A stretch of 32,000 nt of DNA from Prochlorococcus marinus str. NATL2A (GTDB lineage: Bacteria > Cyanobacteriota > Cyanobacteriia > PCC-6307 > Cyanobiaceae): the NCBI RefSeq assembly GCF_000012465.1, contig NC_007335.2:690001-722000 (forward strand), in the 5' to 3' direction. The notes under the pieces were generated by a model that saw only the letters and a list, made by a program, of their open reading frames with translations, made no database searches and was not told the origin of the DNA. Both the position numbers and the translations under genes were made by a program. Below are positions 24,309 through 32,000 of the stretch, one piece after another. Position 1 is the stretch's first letter. Each line of letters starts with the position of its first letter.

Positions 24309-26389
24309 TCCCCAAGACTTGATGAGGCTCCCGTATCTTTCCAGCTAAGGAATAAAGGCTCTAATGTCTTCTCTAAGTCATCGATAGGCATTTTTTGTAG
24401 ATATGGAGTCGCCAACCTTTTTAAATTAGTGCTGCCTCCAAGCCAAAGTTGGTATTGATTTAAACCACTACCAACAAGAGCTAATTCGGCCATATAAGGG
24501 CGAGCACAACCATTCGGACAGCCGGTTACTCTGATTAGGATTGGTTTATTGATTTCTAGAATTTTTAATTGATTGTTTATTCGCTCCAAGAGCTCAGGTA
24601 AAAATCTCTCTGCTTCTGTCATTGCCAGTCCACATAATGGAAGAGCTGGACAAGCCATTGCATTTCTGGCTAATGAGTCAGGAGCCCCTGGATTTATAAA
24701 ACCAATATTAATGAGTGCTCTCTTTACACTGGCTTTTTGATAATTTCCGATATTGCACAATAAAAGATCTTGATTGGGAGTTAAACGCACATCCAATGCG
24801 AATTTTTCAACTATATTTCTAAGCTCTTTCTTTACCCTTCCTGTAAGTCTACCTGACAACAAAGGTAGACCAACAAACCATAACTTCTCAGATTGTTGAT
24901 GCCAACCTAAATAATCTTCGAGTATTGTATCTCCTTCGTGCTTCAGGTTTTCAATTTGTCTCGTAAAATATTTAGTTGTTAACTGTTTCTTAAACCAATC
25001 CACACCCATGTCATGCAAAACGTATTTTAGTCTTGAATGTCTTCTTGTTTTTCTATCTCCATAATCTCTTTGAAGAGCGAGTATAGATTGAACAAGTTCT
25101 AAGATATGTTCTCCTTCTACATAACCAATTGGGTCAGCTATCCTCGCAAATGTAGTGTCTAAGTTGTGTGTTCTACCCATGCCTCCTCCCACATAGACAT
25201 TACATCCTTCTAAAACTCCTTTTTTGTTTGTGAACGTCACCAAACCTATGTCATGAGTAAGGATGTCCACAGAGTTGTCTCCAGGGACTGTAGTTGCACA
25301 TTTGAATTTTCTTGGTAAGTAGGTTGCACCATATAAAGGTTCTTTTTTATCCCCACTAAAAACACCAGGCTTTAGTTGGAGCTTTTTATTCTTTTTAACT
25401 TCAGAAGAAGGCTTAATAGCATATTTCATCTCGCCATCTACCCATAAATCAATGTAGGTTTTTTCTGCTTTTTGGGGCGATAAAACATCGGCAATATCAT
25501 TAGCTAATTTTCTTGCGGCAGGATAGGACCCTTGTTCGTAGGGGGCTGCAGGAGCCATTACGTTTCTGTTGACGTCTCCACAAGCTGCAAGTGTAGATCC
25601 CATCGATTTGACTATTGTTCCAATTACTTCTTTAATGTTTCCTTTTTTTATTCCATGCATTTGGAAGCATTGGCGAGTGGTCGCTCTAAGAGTTTGATTC
25701 CCTAGTCGATCAGATAGCTCGTCTAATGCCACAAAGAGTGGGCCAGGTACATAACCAGCTGGATTTCTTAGCCTCAGCATCATTTGCCAATCTTTACCTG
25801 TGCCCCCTCTTTTTCTATGCTCTCGATCGTCTTGTTGATAACTACCGTGGAATTTTAAAAGTTGTACTGCGTCGTTTGTAAAGTGATCGCTGTCATTTAA
25901 TAACTCACTATGTAGGGGTTCACTTAAATAATTACTATCGGCTTTAAATTGTTCAAATTTTGCCCGAGGTGAATTATTGGCTATGCAAGGTGATGGAACA
26001 GTTTGTTCTATCTCTTCAATATTGGTACTTTCCTTTTCATCAAAATTCATCAGAGCTTCAATAGCTGCATTACTGAATCCAGCATCTTTTAAGTCTTTTT
26101 CTATGTTTTTTGGAGGTTCTTTTAAATTACTATTTTTTATTGCCTCTAGTCTTATTCCTTTGGGCAAAGATTTGTTGATTTGTTTTGCATCTTCTTCTCT
26201 GAGCTTTTCCTCGAATTTTTGTTGAATAGCTATTTCTGCTGAGCTTATGTTCTCTTCGGCTTCTTCTTTAGTGTTACCTATTTTTTTTACTACATCACAT
26301 GTTCCAAAAGCATCCCTTAATTTACCTCTTGGTACGGCAACCCTGAGGTAAAAACCCGATCTTCCTGGTATTTCTATGATCTTAGGCAA
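24245..26389 (-). CDS. sir: Ferredoxin-sulfite reductase (siroheme/4Fe-4S); start ambiguous (TTG 26389 or ATG 26050)
   Basis: Motifs are KFEQFKADSNYLSEPL, LLKFHGSYQQDDREHR, the cluster-binding TGCPNGCARPY and ACPALPLCGLA. The canonical enzyme would begin at the ATG at 26050 (601 aa). The frame is open for 113 further codons up to the TTG at 26389. Confidence 0.93.
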   Translation of the reverse strand: MPKIIEIPGRSGFYLRVAVPRGKLRDAFGTCDVVKKIGNTKEEAEENISSAEIAIQQKFEEKLREEDAKQINKSLPKGIRLEAIKNSNLKEPPKNIEKDLKDAGFSNAAIEALMNFDEKESTNIEEIEQTVPSPCIANNSPRAKFEQFKADSNYLSEPLHSELLNDSDHFTNDAVQLLKFHGSYQQDDREHRKRGGTGKDWQMMLRLRNPAGYVPGPLFVALDELSDRLGNQTLRATTRQCFQMHGIKKGNIKEVIGTIVKSMGSTLAACGDVNRNVMAPAAPYEQGSYPAARKLANDIADVLSPQKAEKTYIDLWVDGEMKYAIKPSSEVKKNKKLQLKPGVFSGDKKEPLYGATYLPRKFKCATTVPGDNSVDILTHDIGLVTFTNKKGVLEGCNVYVGGGMGRTHNLDTTFARIADPIGYVEGEHILELVQSILALQRDYGDRKTRRHSRLKYVLHDMGVDWFKKQLTTKYFTRQIENLKHEGDTILEDYLGWHQQSEKLWFVGLPLLSGRLTGRVKKELRNIVEKFALDVRLTPNQDLLLCNIGNYQKASVKRALINIGFINPGAPDSLARNAMACPALPLCGLAMTEAERFLPELLERINNQLKILEINKPILIRVTGCPNGCARPYMAELALVGSGLNQYQLWLGGSTNLKRLATPYLQKMPIDDLEKTLEPLFLSWKDTGASSSLGDHVTKLGSESVMSLLTSSAAP

Positions 26390-26390
26390 T

Positions 26391-26414
26391 GGTACCTACA
26401 CCGGTACCTACACT
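26391..26414. repeat. Tandem 12-nt direct repeat (GGTACCTACACC / GGTACCTACACT)
   Basis: Read directly from the sequence: two adjacent copies identical at 23 of 24 positions. Each contains the palindrome GGTACC. The repeat sits immediately upstream of the TTG that opens the extended sir frame. Confidence 0.9.
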
Positions 26415-26569
26415 GTATCATTTTTTTTGTTGTTTAGTGCTTAATTGTTGAAATAAAGCTATGTGTTATTAAAGATCCATTCATTGAAGATTAAATTTTT
26501 TCTAGGACACAGAGTGTAGAAGTAATTCATATTTAGATCTACTCTTGTTATAAATGCAAGGAAATTTTT

Positions 26570-28732
26570 TTGTCTACCTACCTTTTAGAAATCGGTACTG
26601 AGGAACTACCAGCTGATTTGGCTGAATCTGTTATTTCCCAGCTTGAGTTAAGTGTAAATAATGACTTGAATTCTGCTCAAATAAAATTTAGTGAGATAAG
26701 TGTAACTACTACCCCCAGAAGAATTGCATTGACGATTGAAGGGATTGCTCCATTTTCTGAAGACAATATTGCAGAACGAAAAGGTCCTCCTGTTTCTCAA
26801 GCTTTTCATGATGGAAAACCTACAAAAGCAGCAATTGGTTTTGCTAAAAGATATGAACTATCTCCTGAAAAATTAGAGATTCGTGAAACCTCGAAGGGTT
26901 CATTCGTTTTTGCTAAATCAATTGAGAAAGGCAAGCCAGTTACTACTGTATTGTCTGACTATTTACCTAGATGGATCAGCAAGATTCAAGGAAGGAGGTT
27001 TATGAGATGGGGCAAAGGTGATTTTCGCTTTTCGAGACCTATTCGTTGGATTGTTTCTTTGCTTGATTCAGAAGTTCTACCTTTTAAAATTTCAGGGTGT
27101 GATCCAGAAATACAAATAGGTAATATCTCAAGACCTCATAGGTTGTATGGAACAAAATTAGAAATAAATGATGCGAAAACTTATTTTGATCAATTGCAAG
27201 ATGTGGGAGTCACAGTTGATAGGGATCGTCGCCTTTCCTGTATCAATGATTTAGTTCTTAATCACGAAATAGATAAAAAAGTTAAGCCAGATCTAACTGA
27301 TCCCCTTTTAAATGAACTGACAGATTTAATTGAGTCTCCTTTACTTGTGACTGGGTGTTTTGATGAATCTTTTCTTGAGTTACCCCCTGAAGTTTTGTCC
27401 ACTGTGATGAAGGTTCATCAAAGGTACATCCCCTTATACAAAGTGAATGTTGAGTTTGATCCATTATCACTTAACTCTAAAAATACTTTACTTCCTACTT
27501 TTTTGTGTATTAGTAATGGATTACCTTCAGCAAAAGAGAAAATTATTAAAGGAAATGAAAAAGTCTTAAAGGCAAGGTTTGCTGATGCTTCATTTTTCAT
27601 AAAGTCAGATTTATTAATCAGTAGCTCTTCACGTATTGATAAGTTGAAAGATGTAACTTTTGCTGAAGGATTAGGTTCTTTATATGAGCGTGTAAATCGA
27701 ATTGAATGGCTTGTTAAATTATTAACACTAAAACTTGAATTTGATCAAGAGGATATTCAAAAATCTGTAAAAGTTGCACATTTCTCTAAACATGATTTAG
27801 TTAGTAACATGGTTGATGAATTTCCAGAGTTGCAAGGAATCATTGGATCTAAATACTTACTTCACGAGGGAGAATCAAGAGATGTATGCCTTGGTGTTTT
27901 GGAACATTACAAACCTAAAGGTACTTCTGACTCGCTTCCTTCAAATAACCTTGGGAATGCGGTTTCATTAGCGGAACGTTTTGAATTGCTTATCAGCATT
28001 TATGCCAAGGGCGAAAGGCCTTCTGGCTCATCTGATCCATATGCCTTGAGAAGGGCTGCTAATGGAATATTATTGATTTTGTGGAACAAAGATTGGCAAT
28101 TAAATATTAACAAAATACTAGATGATTCACTGATTTATTGGCAGCAACTTTTTCCTTCTCTCTCTCTTGATATTAGTAATCTTTTGTCCGATTTAAAGGA
28201 ATTCTTTCGTCAAAGAATTATTAGTTTATTAGAAGAGAAAGATGTTGAATTTGATATCATTCAGGCAGTTGCAGGAGATACCACTTCAACATCAAAATTA
28301 TTAGATGATCCAACAGACGTCTATTTTCGAACTTCATTATTGATGGAAATGAGAAAAAATAATACACTTAATTTGTTGCAAGCTGTAGTGACTCGAGCCT
28401 CTAGGTTGGCAGCTAAAAGTTCTATCTCCAAAGATGTTATTGATCCTTTAGATTTTGTTGATAGGTCTCTATTTGAAAAGGATTGTGAAAGAGAAATGTT
28501 TGATGTGTTGGAGAAGTTAAAACCTCTAGCTGTAAATTGTGATCGTGATAAATATAAGTTGTTAGCTGATGGGCTAGTCTCAAGTACTGAAACTTTATCC
28601 AACTTTTTTGATGGAGAAGGAAGTGTAATGGTTATGACGGAAGATATTAATCTACGAAATAATAGACTTAATCTATTGACGTTACTTAGGAATCAATCTT
28701 TAAAGCTTGCTGATTTCAGCAAGCTTGGTTAA
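26570..28732 (+). CDS. glyS: Glycyl-tRNA synthetase beta subunit
   Basis: The N-terminus STYLLEIGTEELPA matches the conserved GlyS start. Length is 720 aa with a C-terminal anticodon-binding-like region. The TTG start is effectively forced, because an in-frame TAG lies at 26534-26536 and there is no ATG in between. Confidence 0.95.
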   Translation: MSTYLLEIGTEELPADLAESVISQLELSVNNDLNSAQIKFSEISVTTTPRRIALTIEGIAPFSEDNIAERKGPPVSQAFHDGKPTKAAIGFAKRYELSPEKLEIRETSKGSFVFAKSIEKGKPVTTVLSDYLPRWISKIQGRRFMRWGKGDFRFSRPIRWIVSLLDSEVLPFKISGCDPEIQIGNISRPHRLYGTKLEINDAKTYFDQLQDVGVTVDRDRRLSCINDLVLNHEIDKKVKPDLTDPLLNELTDLIESPLLVTGCFDESFLELPPEVLSTVMKVHQRYIPLYKVNVEFDPLSLNSKNTLLPTFLCISNGLPSAKEKIIKGNEKVLKARFADASFFIKSDLLISSSSRIDKLKDVTFAEGLGSLYERVNRIEWLVKLLTLKLEFDQEDIQKSVKVAHFSKHDLVSNMVDEFPELQGIIGSKYLLHEGESRDVCLGVLEHYKPKGTSDSLPSNNLGNAVSLAERFELLISIYAKGERPSGSSDPYALRRAANGILLILWNKDWQLNINKILDDSLIYWQQLFPSLSLDISNLLSDLKEFFRQRIISLLEEKDVEFDIIQAVAGDTTSTSKLLDDPTDVYFRTSLLMEMRKNNTLNLLQAVVTRASRLAAKSSISKDVIDPLDFVDRSLFEKDCEREMFDVLEKLKPLAVNCDRDKYKLLADGLVSSTETLSNFFDGEGSVMVMTEDINLRNNRLNLLTLLRNQSLKLADFSKLG
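28703..28726. terminator. Perfect 11-bp hairpin inside the last codons of glyS, a candidate shared terminator for convergent glyS/chlP
   Basis: AAGCTTGCTGA (28703-28713), TT, then TCAGCAAGCTT (28716-28726). It lies 4 nt before the glyS stop and 25 nt from the chlP stop. Flanks are A/T-rich, but there is no clean U-run. Confidence 0.4.
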
Positions 28733-28750
28733 TTATTTAATTTAATATTG

Positions 28751-30082
28751 TTATTTACTGGCTTTAATACCACCTTTAATTGAACTTACCGCTAACATTT
28801 TATTAACTTCTTTATCGTCTCTGACGGCACTAGGTACTGGCTTATATGTGCTTGGTGCTAATGCTTTCCCTCTTAAAACAGAACCAATTGTTAGTAGGGT
28901 AAGTTTTAATTGTTGAAGCGGCTTCATTGCAACTACAGTTTTGTAGAGATAACTATCAAATGTAAGTCTTTGAACATCCATGTCACCACACATCTCTACA
29001 AAGGCCTCTCTTGCTCCATCACTGGTGTAGAAAATTCGTTGGAGAATATCTAAAACTGTATATGTAATTCCATACTTTTTATCCCATTTTTTTAGATATT
29101 TTTTGAGATCATTTTCCGTAGGTATAATTTTTCCATTTTGACTTGATTCGACAATTTGCTCAGCACACATCCTTCCACTTTTGGCCGCAAAATAAATTCC
29201 TTCTCCTGAGCTTTTGGTTACATAACCAGCGGCATCACCGACTAGAGCCATTCTTCCAACAACTCTTCTTGGTCTGGGATGTTCAGGAATTGGATGAGCT
29301 TCTACTTTGATTACTTCTCCATTTACGAGTCTCTTCTTGGCTCTTTCTCTGACGCCAATTTGGAGACTTTTTATTAAACCACCATTTTGTTTCATTGTTC
29401 CTGTTCCAGCTGCTACATGGTCATATTTTGGAAAGACCCAACCATAGAAATCAGGCGATACGTCTGTGCCTACATACATTTCGGCCCTATCTTCGTAATA
29501 CTTCATTTCCTCTTTAGGAAGCTTTATCCTTTCTTGAATTGCTACTGCATAGTTGTAATCACCAGCATCCATTGCTTTTGCAACTCTGCTTGTTGCGCCA
29601 TCTGCTCCAACAATTAAATCCACTTCAAGTTGCTTACCTTTCTCTTCGGATTTGTCGTTAAGGATTTCGGTGTAATGAAGTGTGTAGGGACCTTGTTTGT
29701 TCGTACCAGTTTCTATTTTTGATACCAATCCATTTACTAATGTTGCTCCAAGTTCAGCGGCGCGATTTCTCATGAATGAATCCATCACCTCACGCCTCAA
29801 CATACCTATATATTCTTTATCGCTTCCTGGATAGATATCATCCAAAATAATATCTACTTCTCTGTTTGATGGGGATATCATTTTCATGTTCCTGACTTTC
29901 CTATCAATAATTGATTCGGGAAGATCAAATTCAGAAACCATACACAATGGAATCGCTCCTCCGCATGGTTTTGCGTTATCAAGCTTTCTCTCGAAAATCC
30001 AAGTTTTAATTCCTGCCTTAGCTAAAATTTCTGCAGCGCATGATCCACTAGGCCCACCGCCAATAACAGCAACTCTTAACAT
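28751..30082 (-). CDS. chlP: Geranylgeranyl diphosphate/bacteriochlorophyllide reductase (geranylgeranyl reductase)
   Basis: MLRVAVIGGGPSGSCAAEILAKAGI (FAD-binding GxGxxG) is followed by ERKLDNAKPCGGAIPLCMV and LVGDAAGYVTKSSGEGIYFAAKSG. The resemblance to cyanobacterial ChlP is close. Confidence 0.96.
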   Translation of the reverse strand: MLRVAVIGGGPSGSCAAEILAKAGIKTWIFERKLDNAKPCGGAIPLCMVSEFDLPESIIDRKVRNMKMISPSNREVDIILDDIYPGSDKEYIGMLRREVMDSFMRNRAAELGATLVNGLVSKIETGTNKQGPYTLHYTEILNDKSEEKGKQLEVDLIVGADGATSRVAKAMDAGDYNYAVAIQERIKLPKEEMKYYEDRAEMYVGTDVSPDFYGWVFPKYDHVAAGTGTMKQNGGLIKSLQIGVRERAKKRLVNGEVIKVEAHPIPEHPRPRRVVGRMALVGDAAGYVTKSSGEGIYFAAKSGRMCAEQIVESSQNGKIIPTENDLKKYLKKWDKKYGITYTVLDILQRIFYTSDGAREAFVEMCGDMDVQRLTFDSYLYKTVVAMKPLQQLKLTLLTIGSVLRGKALAPSTYKPVPSAVRDDKEVNKMLAVSSIKGGIKASK

Positions 30083-30219
30083 CTTTGAATGAAAAATTTA
30101 GTTCTCTATATATAAAACTTACATCGTTATCTAATAGAAAGTATAAAGATTAAAGATACTCGTTACTATCGAAACATCATTTTTGCGAATTCCAATTGTT
30201 TTGACCATAAGCAGATCGT

Positions 30220-30930
30220 ATGAATTATCAAGATGACATTCCGCTGGCAAGAAGGATTAAATCCATCAAAACCATTACTACCAAGTCTTTTTTGCGTGTA
30301 GGACTTCTATTCCTGGGCCTTGGTATATCGGTTACGTTTTTAGCTAATAAATCATTTTTAAGTCAAAGAAAATCCTTAGATGATTCGATTAACTCCATTG
30401 AGACAAGGCAAAATAAAAGCTTGTTAGGTCATCTTCCTTATAAAGAGGCTTCCAAAAAAGATTTAATTCTTTTTTCTCCAGGTATTTACGTTCATAAAGA
30501 TATCTATGAAAAATTTAAGGAAATGCAGTTTATGGCAGCACAAAGAGGGGTTTCTCTTCAACTATTAAGTGGTTATAGATCAATAAATTTGCAAAGGGAT
30601 ATTTTTTATGAAAATAAATCTATTAGAAATCAAACTGCTGTTGAGCGCTCAAGGGACTCAGCTCCTCCTGGTTATTCTGAACACAGCACAGGGTATGCAA
30701 TCGATGTTGGTGATGGAAATTATCCAGATACTCATTTTGAGGTTGAATTTGAACAAACGCCTGCTTATAAATGGATGAAGAGGTTTGCCTCTAAATATCA
30801 TTTCGTTCTTTCTTTTCCACCCAACAACAAACAGGGAGTAACTTATGAGCCTTGGCATTGGAGATTTGAGGGGACTGTTAATGCTTTGAGGGAATTTGAC
30901 GCTGCCAATAAAATTATAAAATTCAAATAA
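30220..30930 (+). CDS. D-alanyl-D-alanine carboxypeptidase, VanY-type (peptidase M15B), membrane-anchored
   Basis: An N-terminal TM helix (LRVGLLFLGLGISVTFL) is followed by the zinc motifs GYSEHSTGYAIDV and EPWHWRF. Confidence 0.85.
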   Translation: MNYQDDIPLARRIKSIKTITTKSFLRVGLLFLGLGISVTFLANKSFLSQRKSLDDSINSIETRQNKSLLGHLPYKEASKKDLILFSPGIYVHKDIYEKFKEMQFMAAQRGVSLQLLSGYRSINLQRDIFYENKSIRNQTAVERSRDSAPPGYSEHSTGYAIDVGDGNYPDTHFEVEFEQTPAYKWMKRFASKYHFVLSFPPNNKQGVTYEPWHWRFEGTVNALREFDAANKIIKFK

Positions 30931-31062
30931 TTATGACTTAATTTTTTTTACTTCGAATTTTATATTCGATATTTTGATTGGCATTTAAAACAGCTAAATG
31001 AAGTCATCGTGAGATATTCTTTATGTTTCTATTAACCAAAAGAATTTTAATTTTTTTAAATT

Positions 31063-32000
31063 ATGAGTTTTGATATACAAGCTATTAGGAATATCGCAAT
31101 AATTGCTCACGTTGATCATGGTAAGACAACTTTGGTTGATGCTCTTTTAAATCAATCTGGCACTTTTCGAGATAACGAAGAAGTCCCAACTTGTGCGTTG
31201 GATTCGAATGAATTGGAACGTGAAAGAGGTATAACAATTCTTTCGAAAAACACAGCTGTTACTTATAACGATACTCGGATAAACATTGTTGATACACCAG
31301 GGCACGCTGATTTTGGAGGAGAAGTTGAGAGGGTTTTGGGAATGGTAGATGGCTGTCTTCTTGTTGTTGATGCTAACGAGGGACCAATGCCACAAACTCG
31401 ATTTGTTCTGAAAAAAGCTTTAGAGCAAGGCTTAAGACCTATTGTGTTTGTGAATAAAATTGATCGTGCAAGGGTAGAACCAGAAACCGCGGTAGACAAA
31501 GTTTTAGATCTGTTTTTGGAGTTAGGCGCTGATGATGATCAATGTGATTTTCCTTATCTATTTGGGAGTGGATTAGGGGGGTTTGCCAAGACTGAAGTAA
31601 AAAGTGAAAACGATAATATGAAACCTTTATTTGAAGCAATTATTAGACAAGTTCCTCCTCCAGTTGGCGACGTGAAAAAGCCTTTACAATTACAAGTCAC
31701 CACCCTAGATTACTCAGATTTCTTAGGAACAATTATTATCGGTAGAGTACATAATGGTGTAATTAAAAACGGCCAAAGGACTTGTTTGATAAAGGAAGAT
31801 GGGAGTTTGAAAAAAGGAAGGATTAATAAATTATTAGGATTTAAGGGATTAAAAAGAATTGAAATAGAAGAAGCAAATGCTGGAGATATAGTCGCCTTAG
31901 CTGGTTTTGATGAGGTTTCTATTGGTGAAACTGTAGCCTGCCCTGATGAGCCGAAACCTTTACCTCTAATCAAGGTTGATGAGCCAACCTTGCAGATGAC
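31063..32000 (+). CDS. typA: Translational GTPase TypA/BipA (5' part, truncated by window end)
   Basis: My own translation from the ATG at 31063 is [29 protein letters not shown]...[16 protein letters not shown]...NKIDR. The frame is open to position 32000. It is absent from the track because there is no stop in the window. Confidence 0.95.
   Translation, partial: MSFDIQAIRNIAIIAHVDHGKTTLVDALLNQSGTFRDNEEVPTCALDSNELERERGITILSKNTAVTYNDTRINIVDTPGHADFGGEVERVLGMVDGCLLVVDANEGPMPQTRFVLKKALEQGLRPIVFVNKIDRARVEPETAVDKVLDLFLELGADDDQCDFPYLFGSGLGGFAKTEVKSENDNMKPLFEAIIRQVPPPVGDVKKPLQLQVTTLDYSDFLGTIIIGRVHNGVIKNGQRTCLIKEDGSLKKGRINKLLGFKGLKRIEIEEANAGDIVALAGFDEVSIGETVACPDEPKPLPLIKVDEPTLQM

Noticed and set aside
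26391-26413. GTACCTACACCGGTAC read as a possible NtcA site
   Set aside because: The spacing is GTA-N10-TAC, not N8, so it does not fit the NtcA consensus. I kept it only as a tandem repeat of unknown function.
30953-30969. TCGAAT/ATTCGA 6-bp hairpin after the VanY-type gene as a terminator
   Set aside because: The stem is short and almost entirely A/T, with only a modest T-rich tail. That is too weak to call a feature.
31147-31973. Four minus-strand track ORFs (66-87 aa) at the right end
   Set aside because: All lie antisense to the clearly identifiable typA/bipA coding sequence, which the track omits only because it has no stop in the window.
1-32000. Search for mobile or defence content: CRISPR-like spaced repeats, IS inverted repeats, transposase or complete integrase genes, toxin-antitoxin pairs, tRNA or rRNA genes
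   Set aside because: I found none by eye. Every sizeable ORF is either a recognisable housekeeping gene or one of the few unknowns listed above, and gene order is consistent with a core chromosomal segment.

Overview
The window is visibly AT-rich, gene-dense and coding on both strands. Its gene content points to the core chromosome of a marine picocyanobacterium (Prochlorococcus-like); that assignment is an inference from gene content and composition, not a database hit. Diagnostic genes include pcyA, chlP, a GUN4-domain gene, ferredoxin-type sir, a devBCA-like exporter, glnA, and rpsB-tsf followed by recG. I support 32 protein-coding genes, one of them a 51-codon ORF absent from the supplied track. 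typA is cut by the right edge. I also call one strong and three weaker hairpin/terminator or promoter candidates and one tandem 12-mer. I found no tRNA, rRNA, CRISPR array, transposase, full-length integrase or other sign of a mobile or accessory island, so this reads as ordinary housekeeping DNA and I see no convincing new multi-gene system. Five loci deserve a second look. (1) A 113-codon in-frame extension sits upstream of sir, carries an integrase-arm-like motif and is preceded by a tandem 12-mer. (2) A 401-codon ORF of unknown function lies between tsf and recG, overlaps both, and has no ATG before codon 268. (3) A string of tightly packed genes runs pcyA, devB, devC, devA, small basic ORF, GT2 glycosyltransferase. 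(4) There are three convergent gene-end overlaps, one spanning a local GC-rich patch (7664-7749). (5) Candidate regulatory structures lie upstream of glnA and rpsB. All product calls rest on motifs I read in the translations; no searches were run.
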